Below are positions 43,782-52,981 of a DNA stretch of 64,000 bases, piece after piece. The position numbers and the translations under genes are program-made. Source of the stretch: Candidatus Ozemobacter sibiricus (GTDB lineage Bacteria > Muiribacteriota > Ozemobacteria > Ozemobacterales > Ozemobacteraceae); the NCBI GenBank assembly GCA_003327425.1, contig QOQW01000013.1, positions 61,351 through 125,350 on the forward strand, read 5' to 3'. Under the pieces are notes generated by a model, which saw only the letters and a program-made list of their open reading frames with translations, was not told the DNA's origin and made no database searches. Every line of letters begins with the position of its first letter. The first letter of the stretch is position 1.

Positions 43782-45862
43782 ATGCCTGCGCCGGGACGCT
43801 GGCCCCGCCCCGCGCTGGCCGCCTTCCTCATCGCCTCGCTCGGGGTGGCCGCCGGTCTGCCCATCCTCGTCACCGCCCTGTTCTGGATGCGCTTCACCAC
43901 CACCTTGACCGCCACCGCGGAAGCCGAAGAGCTGGCCCGCCTCGGCGAGGCCCTGGTCCAGATCGACAACCGCTTCCCCATCCTGTTGCGGCGGCGGCAA
44001 CGCGAGTTCCGCGCTCTCCTGCGGGAGTTCGAACGCACCCAGGCCCTCGGCCCTCTCCTCGATCGCCTGGCGATCATGGAACTCGGCTGCGAGTTCGACA
44101 ACGGCTTCCTGATCAGTTCGGCGGGCGCCATGCTTCGGCAGTATTCCCGCATGGCGACGCACCATCGCCCCTTCGTGCTGCTGCCGAAAGACCGACGCCG
44201 ACAGGCCCTGCAGGACCAGTTGAATGCCGGCCTCCGACCTCATCCGGCCGAGGTGGAGCTGATGCTCGAGATCGACCTGGCCACCGCCTCGCTGCTCCGC
44301 ACCTGGAATTTCCACCTCAAGGACACGGAGGCCGTCAGCCATTTGATGGGAACCCTGGGCAAAGTGCTGATCACCGGCTACAACCAGGAGGTGCTCGGGC
44401 TCGCGCCTACGGCCCCCGATCAGCCGGAAGATCCCGCTTCCGTGCTCTACGGCGGTCTGTTCGAATCCTCGGCCGCCGACCTGAAATCGCAGCTGCTGGC
44501 CAACCTTGGCACGTTCGTGCGGGCCGGCAGCGGGCCCAGCATCCTCCACCTCTACTTCGACATCTTGCGCGACGCCCTCGGACATGGGGCCTACGCCCTC
44601 TACTCGTCCATCACACGCTCGGGGCCGAGATGGCCTTCCTGCGCGACCTGTTCCGGGAGGCGCCGCTGGTCGACGAGGGGGTCCGGTTCTACGCCCAGAG
44701 CGCCGCCGTCGGGTTCGCCTTCCCCCCCGGCGAGCGGCCTCCCCTGCTGGCGTCGTGGGCCAATCGCCTCGAACCGCCCCGCCGGCTGCGCGGCGAAGTC
44801 GCCACCCTGGACGGCGAGCGGGTGCTGGTCGCCGCGTTCGCCTGTCGCCACCTTCCCAACTACCGACTGTTCGCCGTCCGCCCCTATGCGCCGCTGGCGG
44901 CTCGTCTGCACCAGACGCGGGTTCTGATGGGAAGCGGGTTGTTGCTGGTGTTCCTGCTGGTCGGCACGATCGGCTGGCGGCTGCGCGAAGGGGTGTGGCG
45001 TCCGACCCGCGCCCTCCTGGCCGGAGTCCAGGCCATGGCCACCCGCGCCTTCGATCACCGCATCACGGTCGCCACCGGCGACGAATGGGACGACCTCCCC
45101 GCCGCCTTCAACCAGACCCTGGCGACCATGGAAGAACTCGAGGTGGCCAGCGTCATCCAGGCCAGGTTGTTCCCCGCCGGGCCGGTCACCACCCCGGCCG
45201 GCACCTTCCTGGGCCGCAGCCGCACCACGCAGGAGGTGGGCGGCGACTATTTCGACGCCCTGCCCGGCCCCGACGGCACGCTGTTCTTCCTGATGGGCGA
45301 CGTCACCGGACACGGCGTCTCGGCAGCTCTGGTCGTGGCCATGGCCAAATCGGCCTTCGGCTACCTGGTCCGGACCGGCCCGCCCTCCCCGGCCGCCATT
45401 CTGGACCGGATGAGCGCTCTCTTCCGCGAGCAGCTCGGCCGCACCCTCGCCATGACCTGCCAGATCGGCTGCCTCCACCCTGATGGCACACTGCGCTTCG
45501 CCAACGCCGGGCACCTCTTTCCCTTCCTGCTGCAGCCGGGGCAGCCGATTCGCCGCCTCGAGCAGCCGAGCGTGCCGCTGGGTATGCGCGCTCGCCGCCC
45601 CTACGTCGATCTGGTGATCGACCTGCCGAGCGACGCTCGCCTCCTCTTCTGCACCGACGGCATCATCGAAGCGACCGACCCCGCCGGAAAGATGTTCGGG
45701 TTCACGGGGCTGACCGCTTTGCTCGCCGCGCTGCCGCCGGCGCCCCCTGCCGCGACCATCGAGGCCGTGTTCGCCGCCCTCGCCGCGCACACACGGGAAG
45801 TGCCCTGGGCCGATGACGTCACCGTGGCCATCCTGTGCCGGTCGGCAGGAGAGACGGCCTGA
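43782..45862 (+). CDS. membrane sensor - HAMP - PP2C (SpoIIE/RsbU-type) serine phosphatase, module 2; requires a -1 frame change near 44619-44632 (GGGG run), so either a frameshifted gene/pseudogene, a sequencing error, or part of one tandem-module protein
   Basis: An in-frame ATG at 43782 (MPAPGRWPRPALAAFLIASLGVAAGLPILVTALFW, a TM helix) is followed by a sensor region in frame 0 up to ...ILRDALGHGAYALYSSI. The plausible protein then continues in frame +2 from ~44621 (…LGAEMAFLRDLFREAPLVDEG...LLLVFLLVGTIGWRL TM, HAMP, then GGDYFDALPGPDGTLFFLMGDVTGHGVSAAL, ANAGHLFPFL, LLFCTDGIIEA) to the stop at 45862. Frame 0 beyond 44630 and frame 2 before 44590 are both Arg/Pro/Ser-rich junk. Confidence 0.5.
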
Positions 45863-45981
45863 CCCCGCGCGGCGAAGACCAAACCCTCTGAGCGAGGGCA
45901 TCCGAGCTGGGCCCCGAACCCGTTGAAGGGCGGCCAGATCTGCGGTACACTCCCCACAGCCTCCCGACGAAAGGAACCACC

Positions 45982-46512
45982 ATGCGTCCCTCTTTCCCCT
46001 TCATAACGCTGATCCTGGTGGGGCTGGCGGCCCTGTTCACCTGGCTGGGGGCCGGCCATCCCGCGGCGGCCAATGTGACCCGCTCCGTCTTTCCGGTAAA
46101 CATCGCGCTGTCGGTGACCCCGCTCGGGCCCTGGTCGCCTGACCAGGGCGGCATCCTCAAAGCCCAGATCACTTCCCGGCTCGGCACCTTGCGACATCTT
46201 GAGATCTCCTTCGCCGCCTCGCCCGACCTGACCGTGCATCCGCTGACCAGCCAGGTGGCCGAGCTGGCAGAAGGGGCCAGCGAGAATATCCCCCTGCGGG
46301 TGGCTAGAGGGCCCGGCTTGCCCGACGAGATGGGCTCCTGGGTCCGGATGCGGGTCCAGTATCTGCCCGACTACGAACGGATCGCCCAGGCCGTCCGCGC
46401 CCCGGCCTCCTACCCGAATCCAGCCGAGCGGCAACGCCTGCTCGCGATCGTCGAACGCAACGCCCACCGCGCCGAGCGCTACACCGCCGCCTGCCGCTTC
46501 TTCGCCCGCTGA
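45982..46512 (+). CDS. secreted hypothetical protein (176 aa)
   Basis: Signal-peptide-like N-terminus MRPSFPFITLILVGLAALFTWLGAGHPAAA. An AAAGGAA RBS precedes it. The antisense ORF 45601..46467 is low-complexity. Confidence 0.5.
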   Translation: MRPSFPFITLILVGLAALFTWLGAGHPAAANVTRSVFPVNIALSVTPLGPWSPDQGGILKAQITSRLGTLRHLEISFAASPDLTVHPLTSQVAELAEGASENIPLRVARGPGLPDEMGSWVRMRVQYLPDYERIAQAVRAPASYPNPAERQRLLAIVERNAHRAERYTAACRFFAR

Positions 46513-46726
46513 CTACCGCGCGCACGCCGCAAGTCGCGAGGTTCTTCGTGACGCTCTTCGCTCGCGGCAGCGGCAAGCGCCCGCGCCTCTCCCCCCCGCT
46601 CTACCGATCTTCCTCGCCTGCCCTGATCGGGCGCCCCTCTCTCGCACGTGCGACAGAAGCCCCTCTGAGCAACTTCTCGGCTCCCAGGGCATGGCGCATG
46701 GCCATGGGCGCTCCGCCCGAGATGCC

Positions 46727-46766
46727 CCTGACAAAACAATAACCCCCACCCGAGTTCAGGTGGGGG
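46727..46766 (-). terminator. rho-independent terminator of gene 46821..47282
   Basis: An 8-bp stem CCCCCACC/GGTGGGGG (46743-46766, 8-nt loop) is followed on the minus strand by TTATTGTTTTGT. Confidence 0.55.
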
Positions 46767-46820
46767 CCAGGAGGAATCACCGAAAGGCCCTGGCCGACTG
46801 GGCGATCGGCGGGAGGCCGC

Positions 46821-47282
46821 TCAGTTCTTCTTCAATTCTTCTTCGATCTTCTCGATCGAATAGCGGAATCCCATGCCCAGCGTCTTGTTCGTGCCGGCTT
46901 CGAGCGGCCACAGGCCCTGGATCCCGTTGAGGAGAACCTTCTGCCCATCTTTTTCCACCAGGAAGAGCACGGCCTTCTTGCCTTTGGGCGGGAAGATGGG
47001 GGAGTCTTCAAGGTATTTCTCCTCGGTCCCGTAGGAAGTGAAAGACAGAGTGTCCTTCTCCTTCAGCGCCCCTTTGAGGACCCGTTCGACCTCGACGGTC
47101 GTATCGACCTTGGGATAGTCTTTCCCGGGAACGGGGCTCTGGGTCTGTTCCGTCACCGTGACGATGGCAATGATTTCGGCCTGCCTGACCAGTTCGGGGA
47201 AAGGAAGGGTGCGAATCATCGCGGAAGCGGACAGCCCCATGACCAGAACGAACACGAACACCATCGAAAGACGCAACATCAT
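46821..47282 (-). CDS. small secreted protein (153 aa) in lower-GC patch
   Basis: N-terminal signal peptide MMLRLSMVFVFVLVMGLSASA. An AAGGAG RBS lies directly upstream. Codon usage is AT-richer than the surroundings. A rho-independent terminator follows at 46727..46766. Confidence 0.55.
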   Translation of the reverse strand: MMLRLSMVFVFVLVMGLSASAMIRTLPFPELVRQAEIIAIVTVTEQTQSPVPGKDYPKVDTTVEVERVLKGALKEKDTLSFTSYGTEEKYLEDSPIFPPKGKKAVLFLVEKDGQKVLLNGIQGLWPLEAGTNKTLGMGFRYSIEKIEEELKKN

Positions 47283-47438
47283 GTGATCTCCTTGCTTCCA
47301 GGTTTATCCAGGGCATCAAGGCCAACGGCATTATACTCCGTCGGATTGCTTTTTTCATGTCGGACTGAATGCCAGGCGAGACGGAACGGCCGCCCTTGCC
47401 GGGGCGGCCGTCCTATCGGGAATGAGGTTGATCGCCGG

Positions 47439-47825
47439 TTACTGTTGGGTAGTCAAGAACTTCTCACGCTCGTTGAGCATGTACTCGAGCTGGTAGCCCA
47501 CATCGCGATAGATCCCGCCAGCCATTTTATAGGTGTCGGCAATGGCCCGGGCTTGAGCCATCTCTTCCTTGGTCTGGATCGAGGCGACCTCTTTGCGGAT
47601 GGTATCCTGGGCCTCGTGAAGCTGCTTGATCTTGTCAGGAAGCTGGGGGTTGGTCCAGGGCTTGGGCATGCCTGGATGCATGACCATGTTCATCCATTCG
47701 GACGCCGCCGCATATTGATTGAGGGCCTTTTCCAACTTGCCGACGTCGAGGGCGAACGTCGAAGGGGTCACGAGCGCCAGCAGAGCCGCCACCAGAAGGA
47801 CCATCAGGGTCTTGTTCATTTTCAT
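47439..47825 (-). CDS. small secreted protein (~128 aa) in lower-GC patch
   Basis: The start is set at ATG 47825/47819 (MKMNKTLMVLLVAALLALVTPSTFA signal peptide) with a GGAGA RBS. The longer track start at 47915 lacks support. The mature part is helical and K/E-rich. Confidence 0.5.
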   Translation of the reverse strand: MKMNKTLMVLLVAALLALVTPSTFALDVGKLEKALNQYAAASEWMNMVMHPGMPKPWTNPQLPDKIKQLHEAQDTIRKEVASIQTKEEMAQARAIADTYKMAGGIYRDVGYQLEYMLNEREKFLTTQQ

Positions 47826-47964
47826 TCTCCGTTTCGTGAATTGGTTTGTGTTCGCCTGTTCCGCAAGGACTGTGCCACCTTGTGGACTAGATGAAAACCC
47901 TGACCCCCAGGGCACTTTCCCGGCGCTCTTCGACAGCGCAGGCGGACCCAGACCTCCCGCTTGA

Positions 47965-47994
47965 TGAATTTCCGGCGGGGGTCTGCCGGAAATT
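47965..47994. promoter_or_regulatory. palindromic operator-like site in divergent promoter region
   Basis: AATTTCCGGC-N8-GCCGGAAATT is a perfect 10-bp inverted repeat. It lies between divergently transcribed small secreted-protein genes (47439..47825 on minus, 48238..48573 on plus). Confidence 0.4.
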
Positions 47995-48237
47995 GCCCAC
48001 CCTCCATCCGGTCACCCCAAAACGTATGGTCCGAGGCCTTCCGATGCCTCCCAGCCAGACAGGATGGTGGCGAAAGATGACCGGCCTTTCCTCTCGCCCT
48101 CAGTCGTGATCGACACGTTAAGAGCCCTCTGCTCCCCAGCCTTCAGCGAGGGGCACAGCCTGCCTCGCATCTTCCTCTTTGAATGGCACGAGATTTGCTA
48201 CAAGCAGCGGGACGTATTCATCACCGAGGAGGAAGAA

Positions 48238-48573
48238 ATGTTTCGATTGAGTTCCCTGCTCCTGGCTCTGACCGTGATCGCGCTTCTGGCGCAAGCCCCA
48301 ACGGCTTTTGCCAACAAGGGGTATGGTCATGATTCGACGTCGATCACCGCCTTCGCGCATGGTTACCAGATTCTGGCCAAGAACAAAGACAAGAACACCG
48401 GCACGATGCCCGACTACCCGCCTGACACCGATGACCCCGACGGGACCGACAGCGGCTCGGGCGGCCACGACAGCGGACCCGATTCGACCGATGACGGCGG
48501 CGGCTGCGGCGGTTCGGGCGGCGGCGATTGGGGCGGCGGACCCGACGGCAGCGGCAGCGGCGTCGACTTCTGA
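48238..48573 (+). CDS. small secreted Asp/Gly/Ser-rich protein (111 aa)
   Basis: The ATG at 48238 is preceded by a GAGGAGGAAGAA RBS. It has a signal peptide MFRLSSLLLALTVIALLAQAPTAFA followed by a DTDDPDGTDSGSGGHDSGPDSTDDGGGCGGSGGGDWGGG tail. Confidence 0.45.
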   Translation: MFRLSSLLLALTVIALLAQAPTAFANKGYGHDSTSITAFAHGYQILAKNKDKNTGTMPDYPPDTDDPDGTDSGSGGHDSGPDSTDDGGGCGGSGGGDWGGGPDGSGSGVDF

Positions 48574-48754
48574 TCTGATCCTTCCCACACCCCCCTGGCG
48601 GGGGTGGTTCGTTTTAGGGGAAACCTTTTCCAGAAAACGCAGTAGAATGTGTTACAGGCAGCACCCTGAAAAGCGTATAGACGATAGGATCAGGGTTTGA
48701 TACCCTGAAGACAGACTTCCCTTGCTAGATCGAGAGACGCATCAGGAGGTATTC

Positions 48755-50221
48755 ATGCGATTCCCCACTCGCATCGTCCTGGCCGCCTTGTCCGTGGTCG
48801 TGGCCCTGGCCCCCGCTGTTTCGGCCGGCAGCCCCTTCACCGACGAAGAAATCAGCATTCCGGGCATCTCCAACCTCGACACCACCGAGAGCACGCCCAC
48901 CGCCCCGGCCGTCCAGCCCACCTCCCCCGTTCCCCCGCTCCAGGGCGATCCGGTCGGGATGGGCCAGCCCACCGCCCGTGATGTGCGCACCAGCATCAAA
49001 CTGATCAACGGCTACCTGTCGGCCGGCGACCTCGATGCCGCCATCGCCCGCGTCAAGAAGATGCGCGAGCAGGCCAAGGGCGTCAACGACCTGACCCAGG
49101 TCGACCGCTGGGACATGGACCTCGCCGAGAAACAGGTGATCGTCGGCATCACCACCCGCATCGTCGAGCGGCTGGCCCAGCTCGAGACCCAGGCGAAGAA
49201 CCTCACCACCCCGACCAGCGAGCTGGTGGCCGCCATCGCCGAGCTGCGCAAGCTGCTGCAGGCGCTGCGCGACCTCGCGGGCAACAGCTACGATGCGTTC
49301 CTGGTCGTCATTCAGACCAGGCTCGACCAGATCGCCAGTTCGTTCACCTACCAGCGCGACCTCGCCCTGCTCGACCAGCAGATCAATCAGGCCCGCTGGG
49401 AAGAAGCCGAACGCACCCTGCGCCATCTGAAAGGCATCGTCGCCGCCAACCCCAATCTCAGCTCTCTGAATGACCAGGTCAAGCTCTACGAAACCCGCAT
49501 CGTGCGGGCCATCGTTGGCGAGATCCGCACCGGGCTCGACGAGGTCGAGCGCCTGCGGCAGGGCGGCGATGTCCGACGGCTGGCCGCCGCCATCCAGAAG
49601 GTCGAGAAGTGGCTCCTGGTCCTCGAGCGCATGGATCTCCCCGCCTACCGCGACTTCGTGAAGCAGGCCCGCGAACAGCTCAACAAAGGCAAGAACGACC
49701 TCCAGGTCGACGCCAACCAGGTCAACATCCCCTACCTCAGCATGCACAACAATTCCTGGGTTCCCGACAGCTCCTGCCAGAACACCTGCCTGGGCATGAT
49801 GTTCGCCGCCTACGGCATCAAGATCTCCCCCGACTATCTCTCGCAATGGGTCGGCTTCCGCCAGACCGCCACCCCGATGGGGGCGGCCGAGGTCTTCAAC
49901 CATCACGCCGAGAGAAGCAAAGTGCCGGTGCGCGCCCGCGGCCAGATCGTCAAATTCGCCGAATTCGAACGCCTGGTCAAAGAAGGCAAACAGATGATCG
50001 TCTACGGCAACTTCGCCCCCAATCATGCCGTGATCATCAACCGTTTCGACGGCAAGGCCTACGACGTCATGGACCCGGGCGGCAAATGGAACCAGCAGGT
50101 CAACGGCACCCATGACAAGAATGTCTCCGGGGCTCACCAGAAGTACGACAAGGCGGCCTTCGACCGGGCCATCAATCGCGACGGCGAAGTCTGGGTCGTC
50201 ACCTTCGAAAAGAGCAACTGA
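48755..50221 (+). CDS. secreted protein with helical N-terminal region and C-terminal papain-like cysteine peptidase domain (peptidase C39-like, putative)
   Basis: The ATG at 48755 has an AGGAGG RBS 6 nt upstream. The signal peptide is MRFPTRIVLAALSVVVALAPAVSA. The C-terminal SSCQNTCLGMMFAAYGI ... NHAVIINRFDGKAYDVMDPGG resembles the C39-like Cys...His...(DP) pattern. A strong terminator follows at 50250..50285. Confidence 0.5.
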   Translation: MRFPTRIVLAALSVVVALAPAVSAGSPFTDEEISIPGISNLDTTESTPTAPAVQPTSPVPPLQGDPVGMGQPTARDVRTSIKLINGYLSAGDLDAAIARVKKMREQAKGVNDLTQVDRWDMDLAEKQVIVGITTRIVERLAQLETQAKNLTTPTSELVAAIAELRKLLQALRDLAGNSYDAFLVVIQTRLDQIASSFTYQRDLALLDQQINQARWEEAERTLRHLKGIVAANPNLSSLNDQVKLYETRIVRAIVGEIRTGLDEVERLRQGGDVRRLAAAIQKVEKWLLVLERMDLPAYRDFVKQAREQLNKGKNDLQVDANQVNIPYLSMHNNSWVPDSSCQNTCLGMMFAAYGIKISPDYLSQWVGFRQTATPMGAAEVFNHHAERSKVPVRARGQIVKFAEFERLVKEGKQMIVYGNFAPNHAVIINRFDGKAYDVMDPGGKWNQQVNGTHDKNVSGAHQKYDKAAFDRAINRDGEVWVVTFEKSN

Positions 50222-50249
50222 CCACATTCTTCGACTGACCGATCCGACG

Positions 50250-50285
50250 CCTCCCCCAGCCCCCTGGGGGAGGCTTGGTTTTTCC
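50250..50285 (+). terminator. rho-independent terminator of gene 48755..50221
   Basis: A perfect 10-bp stem CCTCCCCCAG-CCCC-CTGGGGGAGG is followed by CTTGGTTTTTCC. Confidence 0.7.
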
Positions 50286-50462
50286 GAAGGGATGCGCCAC
50301 CGGCTCGAACTCCCGCCCAGGGAAGCCCCCCCCCCGTGGCCAGCCACTATCGCCAGCAAGGACCACCGGCACCCACCGGCCTGCCGCTTTACGAAGCGCC
50401 CAGGTTCAGGCAGAATCAGGGGGAGTGATCCCGACTCACGAAATGAACCCGGAGCATGAATC

Positions 50463-51302
50463 ATGGGCATGGTCAACCGCCTCGCTGGCTTCAAGAATCT
50501 GCTGTGGAAGTTCCTCGGCCAGGATTTCTGGACCCTTCTGCGCAAACCGCCCCGCGACCCGCGCCGACGCTTGCGCCACGAGGAGGTCCGCTTCGTCCTC
50601 GTCCAGGCCAGGGACGACACGCCCGAAGACGCCGAACGGGGGGTCACCGCGCTGCTGCGGGCGGCGACCGCGCGCGGTCTCAGCGTCGAATACGTATTGT
50701 CGTCGCTCCTGTTCCTGACCCTGCCACGGGAAGACCCGCCCGCTCTCGCCGACCGACTCTGCCGCGACCTGATCCAGGCCTGTGCCGGTCGGGCTCGGGC
50801 GCTGTTCGGCCGCCTGCCTGCGCGCCGCGGGCTGTTCGGCAGTGCGAACCGGCTGCAGGCGGGATCGCTGATTCCCCGACTCCACCTCCCGCTCACGGCG
50901 CTGTTTTCTCTCGATTGGGGAACGGCGAGCGCCTGGGCGCCCCCGACCGCCGACGCCACGGCCGCCGCTGACGCCACGGCCCAGCCCCCCGCCCACCACG
51001 CGACGGCGGCCCCCCTCGCCGCCAGCGAGACGGCCCCTCCGCCAGCGCCCTCGCCCGCTCCTGCTCAGCTTTCGATTCAAACCAGCGGTCAGGAATGGTT
51101 CGTGGTCTGGGATGCCATCGGCGACGGCCAATTGGTCGGCATCTTCCAAGACCGCCGCACGGCCGAAGCCTTGGCCAACGTCAATCCCTGGTACTACAAG
51201 GTCATTCCCGCCCCGGCCAACCTGGTCCGGCGTTCCGCCCTCGAGTGGCTCGACCCGCGCCTGCAGGCCACCATCCGCCAGATCGCCGCGGTCACCCCTT
51301 GA
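50463..51302 (+). CDS. hypothetical protein (279 aa) with Ala/Pro-rich central linker
   Basis: The composition is complex, whereas the antisense ORF is junk. A GGAG sits 7 nt upstream of the ATG. There is no recognisable motif. Confidence 0.4.
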   Translation: MGMVNRLAGFKNLLWKFLGQDFWTLLRKPPRDPRRRLRHEEVRFVLVQARDDTPEDAERGVTALLRAATARGLSVEYVLSSLLFLTLPREDPPALADRLCRDLIQACAGRARALFGRLPARRGLFGSANRLQAGSLIPRLHLPLTALFSLDWGTASAWAPPTADATAAADATAQPPAHHATAAPLAASETAPPPAPSPAPAQLSIQTSGQEWFVVWDAIGDGQLVGIFQDRRTAEALANVNPWYYKVIPAPANLVRRSALEWLDPRLQATIRQIAAVTP

Positions 51303-51549
51303 GGATCGATCCATCCCGAACGAACCACGCGTCCGTCGCCCAGCCCCCTGGATGGAGCCCGGGCTCTGGCCCCGAACCTTCCGCCTGGGGGCCGGCAGGT
51401 CGCCCTGGAAGCGGCGACCTGCCCTTGACACGTGGGGCCAGACCGCGACGCGCCGCTGTTCGATTCTGACCCACCGGCCGGTTGCGTTCGCCACCGCGAC
51501 ATATTACAGTGCGAGCATCAGCCACCTCGAGGAAAGGAAGAACGTTCGC

Positions 51550-52698
51550 ATGCCACAGCAGAAAACCATCGTCGTGTTGGGGGCCGGGATGGTCGGCGCC
51601 GTCATGGCCGAAGATCTGGCCCGAGAAAAGACCTTCGCGGTCACGGTCGTCGACCGCGATGCCGAGGCGTTGCAGTCCCTGGCCCGGCGCGTCCCGGTCA
51701 AGACCGTGGTAGCCGACCTCGCCAGGACCGCCACCGTCAAGCGGCTGATCGCGCCCGCCGACCTCGTGGTCGGCGCGGTGCCGGGGTTCCTGGGCTTCCA
51801 GACTTTGAAGACGGTCATCGAGGCCGGGAAGAATTTCGCCGACATCGCCTTCATGCCCGAAGACAGCCTCGAACTCGACGGCCTGGCCCGCCGGCACCGG
51901 GTCACCGCCGTGGTCGATTGCGGGGTGGCCCCAGGCCTGTCGAACGCGCTGCTGGGCAAGTACAACGCCGAATTCGACACCTTCGAGGAAGCCCTGATCC
52001 TGGTCGGCGGCCTGCCCCGGATCCGCACCTGGCCCTATGAATACAAGGCTCCCTTCTCGCCCATCGATGTGCTCGAGGAGTACACCCGCCCGGCCCGCTA
52101 CGTACGCAACGGCAAGGTCGTGACCATGCCCGCCCTCTCAGAGCCCGAGCTGGTCGACCTGCCCGGCGTGGGCACCCTCGAGGCGTTCAACACCGACGGC
52201 CTGCGTTCCCTGATCAAGACGATCAACTGCCCCGATATGAAGGAGAAGACGCTGCGGTACCCCGGTCACATCGCATTGATGCGGGTGCTCCGCGAAACCG
52301 GCTTTTTCTCGCCGCACCCCATCGAGGTCAAAGGCGTCAAGGTGGCTCCGCTCGATGTGACCACCAGGCTGCTCTTCCCGATGTGGAAGCTGCAACCGGG
52401 CGAGGAGGAATTCACCGTCATGCGCGTGCAATGCACGGGGGTGAAAGGGAAGAACCGGCTCCGCCACACCTGGGACCTCCTCGACCGCACCGACCCGACC
52501 ACGGGCTACAGTTCGATGGCCCGCACCACCGGCTTCCCCAACGTCATCATGGCACGGCTCATCCTGGACGGCACCTTCCGCGAGCATGGGGTCTTCCCGC
52601 CCGAACGGTTCGGCAGCGACCCCGCCATCTTCAAGGCGCTCGTCGCGGGGTTGAAACAGCGCGGAGTCACTTTCACCCACCGCGAAGAACGGCTCTGA
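51550..52698 (+). CDS. saccharopine dehydrogenase family NAD(P)-binding protein
   Basis: The ATG at 51550 is preceded by GAGGAAAGGAAG. The N-terminus KTIVVLGAGMVGAVMAEDLA is a Rossmann motif. The ~380-aa length and the central AVVDCGVAPGLSN are typical of the Sacchrp_dh_NADP/C family. A terminator follows at 52717..52761. Confidence 0.65.
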   Translation: MPQQKTIVVLGAGMVGAVMAEDLAREKTFAVTVVDRDAEALQSLARRVPVKTVVADLARTATVKRLIAPADLVVGAVPGFLGFQTLKTVIEAGKNFADIAFMPEDSLELDGLARRHRVTAVVDCGVAPGLSNALLGKYNAEFDTFEEALILVGGLPRIRTWPYEYKAPFSPIDVLEEYTRPARYVRNGKVVTMPALSEPELVDLPGVGTLEAFNTDGLRSLIKTINCPDMKEKTLRYPGHIALMRVLRETGFFSPHPIEVKGVKVAPLDVTTRLLFPMWKLQPGEEEFTVMRVQCTGVKGKNRLRHTWDLLDRTDPTTGYSSMARTTGFPNVIMARLILDGTFREHGVFPPERFGSDPAIFKALVAGLKQRGVTFTHREERL

Positions 52699-52716
52699 CC
52701 GCTGCGCTTCGCCCAC

Positions 52717-52761
52717 CTCCGGCCGGGGTCGCCCCGGGCGACCCGGCCGGAGCTGTTTTCC
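52717..52761 (+). terminator. rho-independent terminator of saccharopine-DH-family gene
   Basis: An 11-bp stem CTCCGGCCGGG...CCCGGCCGGAG (with an internally palindromic loop GTCGCCCCGGGCGAC) is followed by CTGTTTTCC. Confidence 0.6.
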
Positions 52762-52981
52762 GGCCTGCGGCAACCGAGCCCCGCGATCCACATCGGCCAG
52801 CCGGGCGAGGTTCCGCCCGCCGGTACGTCAATCGATGTTTCCCGGGAATCTCCGCGGGATGCGCCTCGGCGGCCGGCGCGCCAGGCCTCGCCCGGGATTT
52901 GTCCGAATCACCACTTGCGGACAGATCGGTCCGCAAGTGGTCATTGGCACCGAAGAACCGCCAACGGCACCCCGGGGCTGG

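Noticed and set aside
41301-44927. Treating the 1208-aa ORF as one ordinary gene
   Set aside because: Its last ~100 residues (from ~44630) are Arg/Ser/Pro-rich, out-of-frame junk. The real continuation is in frame +2 (see the tandem PP2C finding).
47385-47412. GC-rich hairpin GGCCGCCC-N-GGGCGGCC between genes 47439..47825 and 46821..47282
   Set aside because: No T-tract follows it on the minus strand (an A-tract precedes it), so it was not called a terminator. It could be a structured intergenic element.
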